A stretch of 63,051 bases of DNA, the filler included, from Asterionella formosa (Eukaryota), in assembly GCA_002256025.1 (NCBI GenBank). It is 12 parts of 12 records of this genome, joined end to end, with 100 filler letters (N's around TTAATTAATTAA, not from the genome) between each part and the next. Parts side by side here need not be neighbours in the genome. Positions count along the whole stretch, not along the records: positions 1 to 23,764 come from NKIB01002389.1; positions 23,865 to 47,608 come from NKIB01002393.1; 10 more parts are not named here. One strand, 5' to 3'. A program made the translations under genes and the position numbers. A model generated the notes under the pieces. That model saw only the letters and a list, made by a program, of their open reading frames with translations. It ran no database searches and was not told where the DNA came from. The first letter of the stretch is position 1. Every line of letters begins with the position of its first letter. Below are positions 23,266 through 36,259 of this stretch, in pieces.

Positions 23266-23474
23266 TAATTAACAAGTTTGGAAATAAGTTGAAATACAGC
23301 CACGGAAGGTCAAATGGAGGTCAATGACCAATGACGTCAGAAAAAGTCATAGATATAAATAATAGTTATAGGTAGGTCGCTGATTGTCAGTCAACTAATA
23401 CGACTCTTTACTCCCTTTAGGTTTATAGCTCTTCTATTCTACCTTCCATGGCTTGCATCGCAACCAAGTGAAAG

Positions 23475-23764
23475 ATGGTAACCGTGACAAGGAACAAGAA
23501 GACCTGGTCGTCGACCTGCTCTAGCTGCAGCGGACGGGTCATTTCCTGTTCATTCACCTTTCTATTGTTCCTTGTTGCCGTTATCGTTTCTCTCTTGTTA
23601 CAAGATAGTCTTGCCGAGTCTGGCACATCTGTCCAATAAGCCGGCGCCGTCTCTATTCTCCACACTCCCGAGCACATTGCAAATGGAAATATTCAAGACT
23701 ACATTAGTTTGCCAGTCTTGGATGACAATGTTACTTGGCACGACATTGATGCGCGAGTGCAACG
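23475..23764 (+). pseudogene. Inverted paralog of the gene at 1-341, with an in-frame stop
   Basis: MVTVTRNKKTWSSTC...SGTSVQ*AGAVSILH; TAA at 23637-23639 and a deletion in the stalk; last 127 bp are the exact reverse complement of 1-127. Confidence 0.7.
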
Positions 23765-23864
23765 NNNNNNNNNNNNNNNNNNNNNNNNNNNNNNNNNNNN
23801 NNNNNNNNTTAATTAATTAANNNNNNNNNNNNNNNNNNNNNNNNNNNNNNNNNNNNNNNNNNNN
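23765..23864. other. Artificial contig linker N44-TTAATTAATTAA-N44 (also at 47609, 49155, 50701, 52247, 53792, 55337, 56882, 58427, 59971, 61508)
   Basis: Identical 100-bp spacer with stops in all six frames, 11 times. Confidence 0.99.
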
Positions 23865-26800
23865 TCTACTGGTATCTGGTATTTACCACGGCGCCCTGAA
23901 AATATTAATTAGATGATTTGAGAACTTTTATAGTCCGTCACTTCTCGTCGCTAGCATCCTGAAATTTAGGTCCAACCCCCTACCGTATTACACGGGTATA
24001 AAAATGGCAAGTACAAATGCACAGACGAGAATGGCTTCTACTTCGTCCGGCATTTCGCACCCATCATCAATAGCTAATGATCCTCATGCAGAAAGTCCTG
24101 ATCGTTAATTGGAGGAGGTCTACATAAATCTTATTGTAGCTACATAATGCGCATTACGGGATCATATGTATAGTGTGTAGTTTGTAAATACGACTATCGT
24201 TTAGAGCATCTCCACCTTGACCTATGATGCATATCATTACCGCCTATGCATCAGACTATGCATATACAGTAGTTATAATTAACCAAAACAATACACATAA
24301 CAATGTTAACTATATCCACGAGGTCTACTACAGTAGATACCAAATAACTCGATTGATCTGGCTGACATGTAAAGATAGTGCAACCACAATATACACGAAT
24401 ACAGAGTCATGATTCAGTATAGATATCTAGGACTAATAGTTAGCCTTGTGAGAGGCATTAGTGCCTCTTCAGACCACTTACTACAATACCTGATCTTGAT
24501 GCAGGGTCTCATACATCAATTGCCTAATGGTTAGAGGGTCACCTAGGCTAAACTAAGAAGACTTCTGCTCTAGTAAACGGTTGCTCATAAGTAATCATCT
24601 TTACTTAATCTGAAAGCTAGGATCAAACCTAGCAAAGATTAGTGAATGAACGAGATTAGCCTTATATCAATACCAAGGGTAACAAGTCACAATGGTGTAT
24701 GCAGTCTCAAGGGTTCTCAAATGCCCCCTTTCCAAGATTAGATCTACCCAGGGAGAAAATAGAGTTTAATAGCGTTTAATTTAAATTTTGTCAAAATCGA
24801 ATATTGAACAATGATTTTCTGAAAAAACAGTTTCCAAAACTTTGCTAGTATGATTGAGGGGGGGGTTCTTCCCCCAATCTCAATTTTGAGTTTCTAGATT
24901 TCTTATTTCAGAAATCCCCTCGTTTGCATGCATTTAATATTACTATGTAGAGAAGTGCAAACAGCTTAGGTACATATCATATGAAGATATGATACACAAC
25001 AGGCATGTCCTATACAAATTTATGCAATGAATCAAACATGAGAGATTTACCATTACCAACCATTGAACAGACCATCATAAACAAATTATTGTTAAGTTTT
25101 AATTTTGTTCAACTTGCTAATTCATTTATTATTTCTTAGACATAATACAATTATCGCTAGCATGTGTATTGTATCAGTTCATTAGTATTTAAATTAAATT
25201 CTTGTTCAGGAATGTAGGCAGAGACTACCAGTATATATATATTCTACATATTAGATATACCGCTTTATTTTTCCCGTGCATTGTCAGTCAATGCATAACA
25301 ATGCATATGCATACATATGGATACTCATTGGCAGGTTATAAATCAATACTATGATCACCCTGTGCCTCTGACCCCAACGGAATTTATTTCTTGGGTAAAA
25401 CCCTCAATCTTTTTTCGATTGAGGGTTTTTGGATTAGGATTAGGAGGTTTGACAAAAAAATATTGGGGGAATGAGTTTCACCCTAAAATAGTTCATTCCA
25501 AATCGAATTCCAGCATAAAAGTATTCAAAATGATTATGCCGGGAATGAAAGATAACCATTGTCCAAGATGGCCATCATATTTTTTTAGTATTTGATCAGC
25601 AAGCATGAATATCTTTGATGTCCAAATCGGGATTTCGGCAAATTTACCGCAATTTGCATGTATTCAGTTGATTAGACTCCAACCATTGCAAAATAAAAGA
25701 AGACTTTCTATTTTTCTAGATTATGGCTCTAGCCAACAACGTAGCATTTATTGTTTATGGCTCCTCCTGCATTAGGAAACCCTATCTAGAACTAGGGATT
25801 AAAAAATAATATTGATTCAGCTTGCTTTTCATGAGTAAAATTAATATTTGTATTGCTATACTTCTTGGAGCACTCACCATGTATCAGTGAAATCATTGGT
25901 TATTTGTGATCATCATCATTTGCTTCGCTTTTTGCTCCATCTTCAACAATCAAACAACAATGACAATTTGAATAATTGTATTGTTCCTCGAGTCTCTATG
26001 ACGTGATTGTTATGTCATTATCATGTTTCATCGTAATTTGTCTTTGTAAATGCTCTGTGATGATGATTTCACCAAGAATGGATGCGACAACCAATGAATG
26101 GTGCCGCTGATCTTTGCAGCATACACTTTCGGTGATTGAGTAAAGAATCGACACCAATAACTAGATTTTTGTCCAATTACACTGTTCATGATGTAGTAAT
26201 GAGTTTTTGCAAACCTTTTCTGGTGGTTCCCCCAAGAATCCACCTTACCACCAAGAGATGCAATTCACCTGACAAGCAGCCAAAAGATGCCTTGCATATC
26301 ATAAACAGCTGGTTGTTATCCAGTCAACAACAAATGAACTATTGAATATCGATTGAACATCAATAAATGTAGTAATATCATTATATTGCTTATAAGGAAT
26401 CAATATGAGCGCAAAGTAAAGCCATAGCGCCGCATGCACAAAGAGAGTGGCAGCACTGACATCTGAGGGAAGAAAATCTAAAGATGTTTCGATGAGGTCA
26501 GTGGAGGCCCAGAGAGCGACCGTGATATTTATGGCCAGGACAAAGGTCAAGCGATGGTGTATGTAGAGGCCATTGAGGGGGGTTGTGATGTGGGCTTGGT
26601 GCTCGCACAAAAAGTAAGTGATGCGCCGGGTGATGGCCCGGACAGAGCAGGTGTGACTGGTGACCGATACTAACCTTGTCGCAAATACCACTCTTTTGGT
26701 TAGTAAAAGTGAGTGAAACAAAAGTGGCACAAGTGAGGTCGGCAAGGGGACACCGTAGTAGCTGAAGGCAGTGGTGGCCTACTATCCAGAGTTGAATGTC

Positions 26801-27789
26801 TTGGAGGCAAAAGAGGTGGCAGTGGTTAATGTCCACATTGGGGAGACCAATGTATTCATCAGGCCGCATAAGGAAAAAATATGGAATGATCTACATGTCT
26901 ATTGTGGCTCAACCTGTGGGGTTGTTTGTTGTCCTGGCCTGCATATGGGCATGGAGGATGAGCGCTGGGAGAGGGATGGGTTCGCTGGGGGCAAATCAAG
27001 TTTCCCTATTTATGCTTTTTCGGAAGACCCTTTCAGGTGCACTGTTATCCTTCCCTTGGCTCCTGAGCTTGCTTTCGTAGTCAGCACTGCTCGAGCCAGT
27101 CATCAGTCAACAAGGTTGCTTTCACGGTCAGTAGTTTCTATGAAATGATGATTCTTTATTCTTTTCAACTGCCAGAGTTTTTTGGGGTATTTTGTGGGGA
27201 GTTCAGACGTGGTTGCTATGTCACTCACATCCCAGCAGGCTACAGGGAGAACCCAATACTTATAAGACCTCGTGTGAAGAGTGAAAAAAAGGCAGGGGCG
27301 CACATGGAGCACTTGACCTGAACTAATAGAAATTGTCCTCCGGTATGTCGGGCACGGAATCGTGTAGTAGGAGTGAATACTTAAAGGAGATTGTTGTCCA
27401 CCTTTTCCTAAAGTAAAATCATATAATTTCGAGTAACAAACAAACTTCGCCAGCATAATTCCCCATCAATATCGAGACCATATCATTCTTTATAAGACTG
27501 AGATCATCGTTGTCCCCGCAAGAAGGTAGCTTGTAAGGGATTCAACGAACGCACATGGCTTCTAAGAAATTCGATTACTGATATGTGAATGGAAAGATAA
27601 TGACGAATACTACTGTTACAAGAATTGGATCAAAGCATGTACCGGTAGAGTATTCAAATCGGAATGGCAACAAGGAACACACCATTGTTGCACAGAATTC
27701 ATTCTGATAGCATCGTCGGGTACAAGGTTTACATACAAGCAAGGTGATTTTTGTAAAGTCATAACCTTCGCTAAAACAATAATTGATCA

Positions 27790-28244
27790 AAGAGCAACAG
27801 CTATTGATCAATCAAACAATGTTTCAATATATCAAAGCATTTGGTTAGCATATTAGTTTTGATAACTAATATATATGACTTCTATCTATGCATAACCTGA
27901 CATGTATAAGCAAATAATCTGACAAACAAATTTGATTGACCACACCATCACAATCATTGATATATCAAAATTATCATCAACATAACACAACATTTGATCA
28001 ATGTATCAACAATTTGGATTAACCAATTAGATTTGGTAACTAATATATACGAGTTCTTATATATGCATAACCTAATGTGTGTTTGCTAATAATGTGACAT
28101 ACAAATTTGATTGATCATACAGACACTCCCATTGATATATCAAAATTATCATCAACATGTCAAAATATTTGAATAATCAATCAGTTTTTTAACGTATGCT
28201 GAGTAAAATGTTAGATCTACTAAAGGAAAATCTATTCACAGATG
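27790..28244 (-). mobile_element. TIR element end with two ~175-bp subterminal repeats (CGTCTG family)
   Basis: Ends GGAAAATCTATTCACAGATG; reverse complement matches 38501-38550, and it matches 22074-22110 directly. Confidence 0.7.
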
Positions 28245-29098
28245 CTGATAAATAATTTTATAAGTTGCCATGTGTTGCTCGGTATTTTGACACCCCTCTT
28301 GGAGGTGACAGATAGGGCAATCATGCATCATGCAATGCAGTTAATTAAATGCTATTGGAATGATGAATGAGAATGTCACTGTATTTATGGAGCATCTATG
28401 TATTATCCCCCATTCTAGTCAGTTCGTAAGGCCAATGGATAGGCCTATTGGTGGATTGTTGGATGTAAAATCAATGTTTGATCCCACAGAAGGTACTAAC
28501 AAAAAGAACTTTCTTCAGATGTAAACTAGCTACCCTCCAGCAGTACCTCCCAGATCTGGCCACCTGGAAATTGCCCAACTCATGCTGGTTTCTTGGTTTC
28601 GTTGATGCAATAAAGAAATGACTGTATCTAAGCAAATACAAAGTGGTGCTACTGGTGAAAGCTAATTTTACTTTTAACTATTTTTTTCATTTTGTTCTAC
28701 GTAATAAATGTGTGGATTGAGGTACTGTACATCATAAAATTATTTTGGGAAAATACAGACTTCGCAATTTACGAGCTCGAGCAGATCATCATGAATCATG
28801 ACTGCAAATGCGCACACACGACCACTGGGATCATGACTCACAGCAAGAATGGCTTGACCCGGAATGCCGTAACATGATTCGGCTGTCAAAATTCTTCGCA
28901 CTCATTACATGTATAGTATAAATGTATATTAAAATATTCAATTATTGTATATACTGTATATAGTATGACCCTGCGGTACCTTTATTATTTCCATCCCTTG
29001 TTCCATTCCCATAAAACTGAATCATCCATCTGTCATCCCTATTGTCAGTTCATCGACGCGCCCACGTTTCTGCAACGACAATAATAAAGAATAGTAAG

Positions 29099-30118
29099 AT
29101 GAATCCAAGAAGGTTCAAACGCTGGAAGCTGGTCCCTTTCTTGAAACGAGGGCAACGACGAGACAACAACGAAATCATTTGGCGCGATGATCTAGATCTC
29201 ATCGTTTCGGACGGCGGCGAACTACGACTGTTCAATGTCCCTATTGGCGACGAACGCCTAATCAAGATATCAAAGGCTCTATTACTGCGGGAAGAAAATA
29301 TCAATAGCAATAGCAACAGTAGCAGCAGAAGCAGAAGCAGGAGTAAACCACATCGAGCAATCCTAATCAAGTCACTTCAGATTAGCCAATGCGCTCTTGG
29401 CGATGAACAACAGCCCACCATCGCGACTCTTGCCGTGTCGCTCGCATCCACCACCACGTTGGAGAAACTAGTCTTGGCGGGAAACTACATGGGCGGCGCA
29501 GCTGGAATTAGATCCATTGCTCAATCCTTGTCTAGCAATACGTCCATTTTGCACTTTGCCATGCCCCAGTCAGAACTGGGCGACGTTGGCACAAAGTTTA
29601 TGGCGCAGGTCATTGATGTGAATGTCACATTAACTCATTTGTATTTGCACAATAACTTAATATCCGACGTGGGAGCAGCAGCCTTGGGAATGGCTCTGCG
29701 AGGGAATAATACTCTCCAGGCTCTGGATGTGTCGGACAATGTCATTGGCGATGCTGGAATCCTGGCGCTCAAAACGGGACTGCTGGAAAATACAACTTTG
29801 CGCCATTTGTTTGTAGGGGACAATCGATTTGGGTGCCATGGTTTGGAAGTATTGGTGGAATTGTTGAAGGATCACAATACTACAATACACATACTGGATG
29901 CGAATTCACACTCAACTCAACAGCAAGGACGACAATCGCAGCAGCAACTGTTGTTGCATCAAATTCGACACTATTTGGCTCTCAATCAAGCTGGACGACC
30001 ATTGGTTCGGAATGAACCCAACGAGGCATTGCTTCCAAGAGTTTTGGCCAAGGTCACTCATCAACCAGACTTGATGTATGGATTGATACGGGATTTACCC
30101 CATGTCTTTGTTTCCTGA
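29099..30118 (+). CDS. Ribonuclease-inhibitor-like (28-aa) LRR protein, NLRC3-like repeats
   Basis: Intact ORF with repeats such as NVTLTHLYLHNNLISDVGAAALGMALRG and a C-terminal LALNQAGR...LLPRVL...LMYGLIR motif. Confidence 0.9.
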   Translation: MNPRRFKRWKLVPFLKRGQRRDNNEIIWRDDLDLIVSDGGELRLFNVPIGDERLIKISKALLLREENINSNSNSSSRSRSRSKPHRAILIKSLQISQCALGDEQQPTIATLAVSLASTTTLEKLVLAGNYMGGAAGIRSIAQSLSSNTSILHFAMPQSELGDVGTKFMAQVIDVNVTLTHLYLHNNLISDVGAAALGMALRGNNTLQALDVSDNVIGDAGILALKTGLLENTTLRHLFVGDNRFGCHGLEVLVELLKDHNTTIHILDANSHSTQQQGRQSQQQLLLHQIRHYLALNQAGRPLVRNEPNEALLPRVLAKVTHQPDLMYGLIRDLPHVFVS

Positions 30119-31139
30119 ACAAAATACGGGAGTTTTCTTCATTTCGGGGAAGTTTTGTGGTCCTTGCTGCTTTCATATGCTAAGTTGCAACACATCTTAT
30201 TATATACATGCTTATTTTTGTACTCAATATCAATTGAAGCTATTACAACTCTAATATTACTTTGCTTCCAAGAATTTCGGAAACGAAGTTTGAGCGTGAA
30301 CGAAATCTCGGGCAAGACGGGTTCAACATCATAAACTTGAATTGACACATGTTTTGAAATCATCATAAATCAACTTTATCTCCCTCGTTGCATGATGTAC
30401 ATATCACTATCATACATCATCTTTATTGAACTATTGTGTCATACAAGTTAGTACTTCTTTTATACCACTCTCAATGCTTAATGATGACTATAGTGTTGGA
30501 CTAGAACGTCAAGGGGATGTTCCTGTATCGCAGTAAGAATCATATCCACGGCATTTGCTGCTACAAGTTTCAAATGACTTGTCGTTGTTATAAAAGGGTC
30601 AAATAACACACAACACAGCACAACATTTGGATTGAACGGCAAGTGTCCACGGGATATCCACCCATCGTGATGAGTGTCATATCAATAAATTTCAGTTTCA
30701 TCGTTTCTCTATACTTTATTTGCTTCCCTGAGATGTCGGCTGCCAAATAACCAAGTGTATCGGAACCATTAGCTTGCACAGCAGCAGTATGGGTTGGGAT
30801 GCTCCCGCATGGCAGCACAAATACTTTGTATAATGCCATGTGCAACAACATGTAGTCTTCACGTTACTACTTACTACTGTAAAATAAGTAACGTTTCATT
30901 TTATTGTGAACCAAACGACTCAGCATGGCGCAGCCTGTCGGAGAAATTATTTTAGGAAAGAAAAATCCCGGTATGAATTACCTACTACATATTGAATCGA
31001 ATGAATAAAAAAGAATATGGTATGTACCAGAGAAAACTCAGAAATGGAAAACAATCTACATCACCAGTAAAACCCATAATTCTATTAAAACTTTTAGGAA
31101 CGATTACAATCGATTACTGCAACATTGTTGTTCATATCT

Positions 31140-31700
31140 ATAGCCTATTCGGTCCTTGATGTGTCCTGGAAGAATACAAGAAAGCAATAGAGGGCTTTGG
31201 GATGCCATTTCAACACACCAGCCACATGGCCTTGAACCCTGCATGTTTTGAGTGTTCTAGCATCACTGCCAGAATCACGGATATCCCATCGGATGAAGCG
31301 ATTTGCAACTGATTCTCGGAATTATTCTCCGCCAGGTTGACTGATACCCTGCAACCATACTCATGAACAATTTTGCATGATATGGGGTGCTCTTTCAGCG
31401 TCCTCACAAGGACGATCACAGCTATACCACCTGCTACTACGATTTTCGCCTTGTTACCTTTGTTGACAGCCAACTTCTTCAGCACCCCACATCCACATAT
31501 TTGGACACTGATTCTATTTGAGTGCTTTTCCATATAGCAGTGACAATCACGGAAATACCACATGCCATGGCAATTTTCAGAATATTGCGTTGATGACAGC
31601 AAAATTCCGCAGGGCCCGACAACCATGGTACTTTTGGACAAACAATGTGGGGAGTTTCCATATGAAAAAGCTTATTTTTTGTGTTATCTGTCATTGAACT
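31140..31700 (-). pseudogene. Armadillo-repeat protein pseudogene
   Basis: GCGVLKKLAVNKGNKAKIVVAGGIAVIV and GCRVSVNLAENNSENQLQIASSDGISVILAVM; frameshifted. Confidence 0.7.
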
Positions 31701-31989
31701 TAAACTGGACATTGCCTTTTCTGTTTGATCCCACTGGTGTGTTGTTGTCGGTGACTGGGGAACAGGAAATCTATCCCAGGTTGTTTCCTTTGTGCTAATG
31801 AAAATGACCGAAATTCGCTTCTGTTCCAGTGTAGCAGCAAGAATATTTGGTCCAAGAATGCTTGTGCAGAAGTAGATAGTCTTGCTATTATCCTTTTCTT
31901 TTGTCCTTCGATGTGGGAATCAGCTGTCTACTTTCTTTTTCTAGCTTGGGTCTCCTGGTCAATTCCATTTTGTACATCCTCATGTTTGC

Positions 31990-32860
31990 AAAACATCAAC
32001 TGCTTTGCTCACTACTGTCTCCAAACCATCAAGGATTAGAAACAAGTTTGGGGGCCCATTGTTTTGAGGAAATATGCCAGAGTCATCCATGTGCTTTAGC
32101 ATTCCAACCAGAAGCTCTGCAGTGATTGAGCCATTTTCCGAAACACAGCAATATGTAGGCAATTTTTCCCTTCCACATTGCAGACTGGTATTTATAAATA
32201 TTGTTTTACCTTTTTGCTGTTGCCATTTATGTTTTCCTTTTCTCCCTCCCAAGCAGCAAATGGATCCAGGCCAAGCACCCATTCTGGCTGCAGTGAATCC
32301 TAGGAAAGTAAGTGTGAATCTTTGGTTGAGGCCCAGATTTGAGGACAGCCTTCTGCAACGCAAAGAAAATTTTCACCACTAATAATGCCATTTTTTGTTT
32401 GGGAATTATTGGAACCAACTTTGTCCACAAAGAGTAGATGGTCAGGTCATATTATTTCATATTCACTTGCTAACCCACATTCTTCCTGCTCCTCAACTAC
32501 TAACACTTCTTTGGAATGCCACTGTTTGCTTGAGTTTTGTCTTGCAACTCCTCCAGCCACCATTTCTTTTTTAGACTTCCTTGTACATTGATAAGAAGGA
32601 CTGGTTAGTCCACCAATCAGCATGTTTTCTCTCACATTTTAGTCCCTTCTTTGCTGTGACTAACTGTGCATTTCTTTTCATGAATCCTTTCAATAGTAGG
32701 ATTTCCCAAGTTCAATGCAATTTTTCCTTGCCAATTGTTCACCTTTGTTATTGCTTCAGTACCAGCAATCAAAGAGTCAGAGCACCAGTCCTTCAGAAAC
32801 AGAGATTGGAACCCTCATTGTTGCAAGTTATAGAAGGAGGTGATGCTGACTCAATAGAGT
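31990..32860 (-). pseudogene. pogo/Tc1-like (DDE_1-type) transposase remnant
   Basis: FVDKVGSNNSQTKNG and CCVSENGSITAELLVGMLKHMD...LFLILDG motifs; heavily decayed; ends not found. Confidence 0.55.
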
Positions 32861-33143
32861 AAACATAAAAAATATCGAATTTTTGCAATTTCACGTCAAC
32901 AGCAGGCAACCTTTGGGCAATAATACCTAATTAACAATGGGCGCGCTCGTCTGATAATAAGAAATTATTATATCATGTGTATTATAACACAATTCGTTGT
33001 ACCAATAACCCCAAAATTTCGTCAACAAAAACACTAATTTTTTACAGTTATAAATAACAGTGCATTATATAAAGAGATGTTTGGGCATGAATGACTACAT
33101 AGAATTTCCCGGAATATTTCAAGACTTGCTTGCTCATACTCAA

Positions 33144-33867
33144 AATGGCTTGCTCTTGCCAAAATAGGTATGCATATTGCATATCGTTACATATCAATCA
33201 ACCTCCTCAATACATCAATCGTCATCGCTTTTAGATTTCGACCATGTCTTAATCTTCTTCTGGTCAAAGGAGACCAGCCAGGGCGGGCTTCTTCCCCCCT
33301 TCCTCTCCAAGGCTGCTTGAATGTCGCCGTCACCAACAAGAGCAACAACAGACTCAACCAGAAGAAGAGGAGGACGAAGAGGACGACGACGAGAATGAAG
33401 ATGAAAACTGGTGCTGATGAATTTTCCAGGTGTCCCAAATGTTTCTCAGATTGGTGTTTCTGGGGTTTCTCAGTCCCCATCAAGGAACAACAACGATTTT
33501 TCACGTGCTCCTACTAGTTCAGTTGCAAGAATGGCAACTGTTGCTTCACAAGAAGGCTACTCGAACTGATACTGATAATCTGCAGTAGCAACAACAACAA
33601 CAGCAACAACAGCAACAGAACATGATGAACATGATAATGGTGTCAATCATGGCATCATTGTTGAATCGTGGGGTATCTCAAACAACCACCTCCACTGACA
33701 GTGCTGATCCCATTCAGGCAACAATGAATTCAATTATTGCTTTGAACATGATTTCAATGAAGCAAAATATGCAAAGCCAAAATCCAACCTCAACAGCAGG
33801 TGCCAATGCACAACAAACTTTGTCTGCCTCAACTCAATGTCAAACACCAAAAAAACAACAGTGGTAG
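33144..33867 (+). pseudogene. Degenerate second ORF of the PHIS element (acidic/Gln-rich)
   Basis: QQEQQQTQPEEEEDEEDDDENEDE and Q/T-rich tracts inside the TIRs; broken by stops. Confidence 0.45.
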
Positions 33868-33898
33868 TAGTAGTGATAATGAATTACCTTAAATTAAT

Positions 33899-35168
33899 TC
33901 ATTCTAATATAATATGAAAGAAGTGGTGATAAATAATCATGAATGAATATTTCTTTGAATCACAAACATATCTATTAGCATTCCTATGCAAATAGGGCAT
34001 ATACACTGAAGCAATTTGGTTCTGACCAACTTTGCTAGCACGAAAGTTGTAGAGCAATACAATCATTTGGAGAATTAATTTTCTCTCACCTTTTTCTTCA
34101 TAACGAAATTTGTCTTTGATTCTCGGATATGATCCCTGAAGGCATCGCATTCCCCATTCCGACAGCTGTTGGATTGAGGTGGCTTGGCGATTCATACCAA
34201 ATCTTTATCGAGGATTGCCATTTGCATCAACATTATTTTGATGCGATTTCAACATTGCATTTGATTTCTTAGATGCAAATGCTGAATCCACAACTACTTT
34301 TTTACCTGTTTCCCTGTAAACTGTTTCAATCTGATCATAGATTGATGACCAAATTGCCATGGTGGAGTCATGTAGAACACCAGGTGCATTGAAAAATGAG
34401 CAGCGAATTTTGCCATCAGGCGAAAAAAGAAACAAGTTTGTCACATAGTGTTCATGAGTCCATTCATTGTAGAAGCTGTTTTGCTGTGTTTCATTTCCAG
34501 CCCATTGCAGGGTCAGTTTCAGACCATCCATTGCTCCCCAACAATTTGTTATTAGTGGGTATTTCTGATTGATCATGGTTGCAAACAAGGTGGCTTCGTC
34601 TGCAGTAGGCAGTCTCACAACGGCATCTTCATGTGTCAGCAGTACTTTTACAATCATTCGCCTTGAAAACCTCAACCAAACACTCAAAGAACCATGAGTT
34701 AATCTGAAAATAATCTGAAGAATCATATAGGAACCACGAGTCCTGGTCTTTGCTAACCCAAGCGCTAGACAACTGATGGAACAGAGGTATCTTTGCCGAC
34801 CTTTCTTGGTTGTTGAATTTCTAACAATGAAATCCGTATTTTTCCTACAGGGAGTAAATGAATAAAAACAAGGTTTGAACAGCTGGTGTAGGAGCTCGAA
34901 AGAAGCATGGTCAAACCCACACAAGGTAATCAGAGCATCATCATGCTTGCTGTTGAACAAAGTCCAGAATGGACTTGATAATGGATGCTGTAGTGTGTGG
35001 CGATGGATTTTGCCACTTCTTCTTCTGGCTGACCTCATCAACAGTCAAACTTTCCCTGAACGATGGCGTCTTATTTACTGGTGGATAGCACATTGCTAAC
35101 AGTTGCAATGTGATCATAATGTCATCATCATCATCATCATCATCAGGAGATGAGATGAAAGTCGACAT
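33899..35168 (-). pseudogene. DDE_Tnp_4-type transposase pseudogene
   Basis: CWGAMDGL, HDS, VVDSAF, RQATSIQQLSEWGMRCLQGSYPR; in-frame TAA at 34205-34207 and a frameshift near 35045. Confidence 0.9.
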
Positions 35169-36259
35169 GGTCAGTGACAAACAATGATGAATATATAGAA
35201 ATCCTGCATATATGAACAAGAGGCGGCATAGCATAAAAGAGGATGCATCGATATGAAAATTTAACTGCTGAAAATTAAAGTTAAAAATATATCTAATGTC
35301 AGAAAAGTAATCTAAAATATCTCTATTATCAGAGCGCAAGGAAGATATTATGTAGCAGATCACCAGAATAATTTGTGTTATAATACACACATGATATAAT
35401 AATTTTTTATTATCAGACTGCACCCAATGTAAACAATGCAAGAATACAAGAACGTAAGTATTTACTCGCTGTATAGAAATAGAAATGTCAATATAAATCT
35501 GAACAACTCCTTCATGACAATAAAGAATAGCACATCTTGCAAGCTAAGTTCAAACTGCATGTTTACTCTGTTTAGCAGAGGCTTATTGTTTTAAACTGGT
35601 ACTCTGAAAATAATTGCGTCAAATCGCCGGCACCACTAGTGTGTTCACTATTTGCATATGAAGATTTACGTAGCAAACATACAATTTTTCTACGGAAGGT
35701 CGGCTTACTCGAAAAAATGCCTTCGTTATTAATGCGACACGAACATACACTCTGTTTCTGTAATTAAATTAATAGCGTCTGTATCTACACCGTATTCGAA
35801 ATGAACGAATATTACTTCCTACGCTGTACTACCGTACTACATAAAATGTTCTCCCAGTACTAAATAATACCTAAGGTTTGCTCACATGATGGCTGGTTGA
35901 TTACGACTAACTTCCAGTGTATATTTCTGTCGGACAAATATTCTCAATATTCGGACTTTCTTACCGGAACTCCCCCCTGCTGGCACTTCGACGACATATG
36001 TACTATAAAGCGCTTTTTATTACCCTAAGCAAACATACTACTGGTCTAGTTGCAGCAGCCTTTTATACATACATATGATTTGCATACTAACTAAACTATC
36101 ATACCGGTATGAATTTGTCTTACTTCGCGATATGACGTTGAGTGTCAAATATCGTAACAACGGTACTGCAGTCTTTATACAGGTACATACCATCGCAACT
36201 CCATTCTTTATTACTGGATTATCACAATGTAGATAAAAGAGACAAGAAGATGTGAATGA

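Larger units (their letters stand above)
32939..35425 (-). mobile_element. PIF/Harbinger-superfamily (PHIS) DNA transposon with both TIRs and TSD
   Basis: ~50-bp TIRs GGG.GC..GTCTGATAATAA.AAATTATTATATCATGTGT..TATAACACAA; 3-bp TSD AAT at 32936-32938 and 35426-35428; transposase plus a convergent second ORF remnant. Confidence 0.92.

Noticed and set aside
1..23764. Contig 1 as a giant TIR element, Polinton or linear virus
   Set aside because: The inverted ends are paralogous coding sequence, the exact match length suggests an assembly k-mer, and I found no polB, capsid or ATPase genes.
26028..27811. Overlapping short ORFs on both strands as genes
   Set aside because: No recognisable domain, many GTG/TTG starts, and no consistent frame could be reconstructed.
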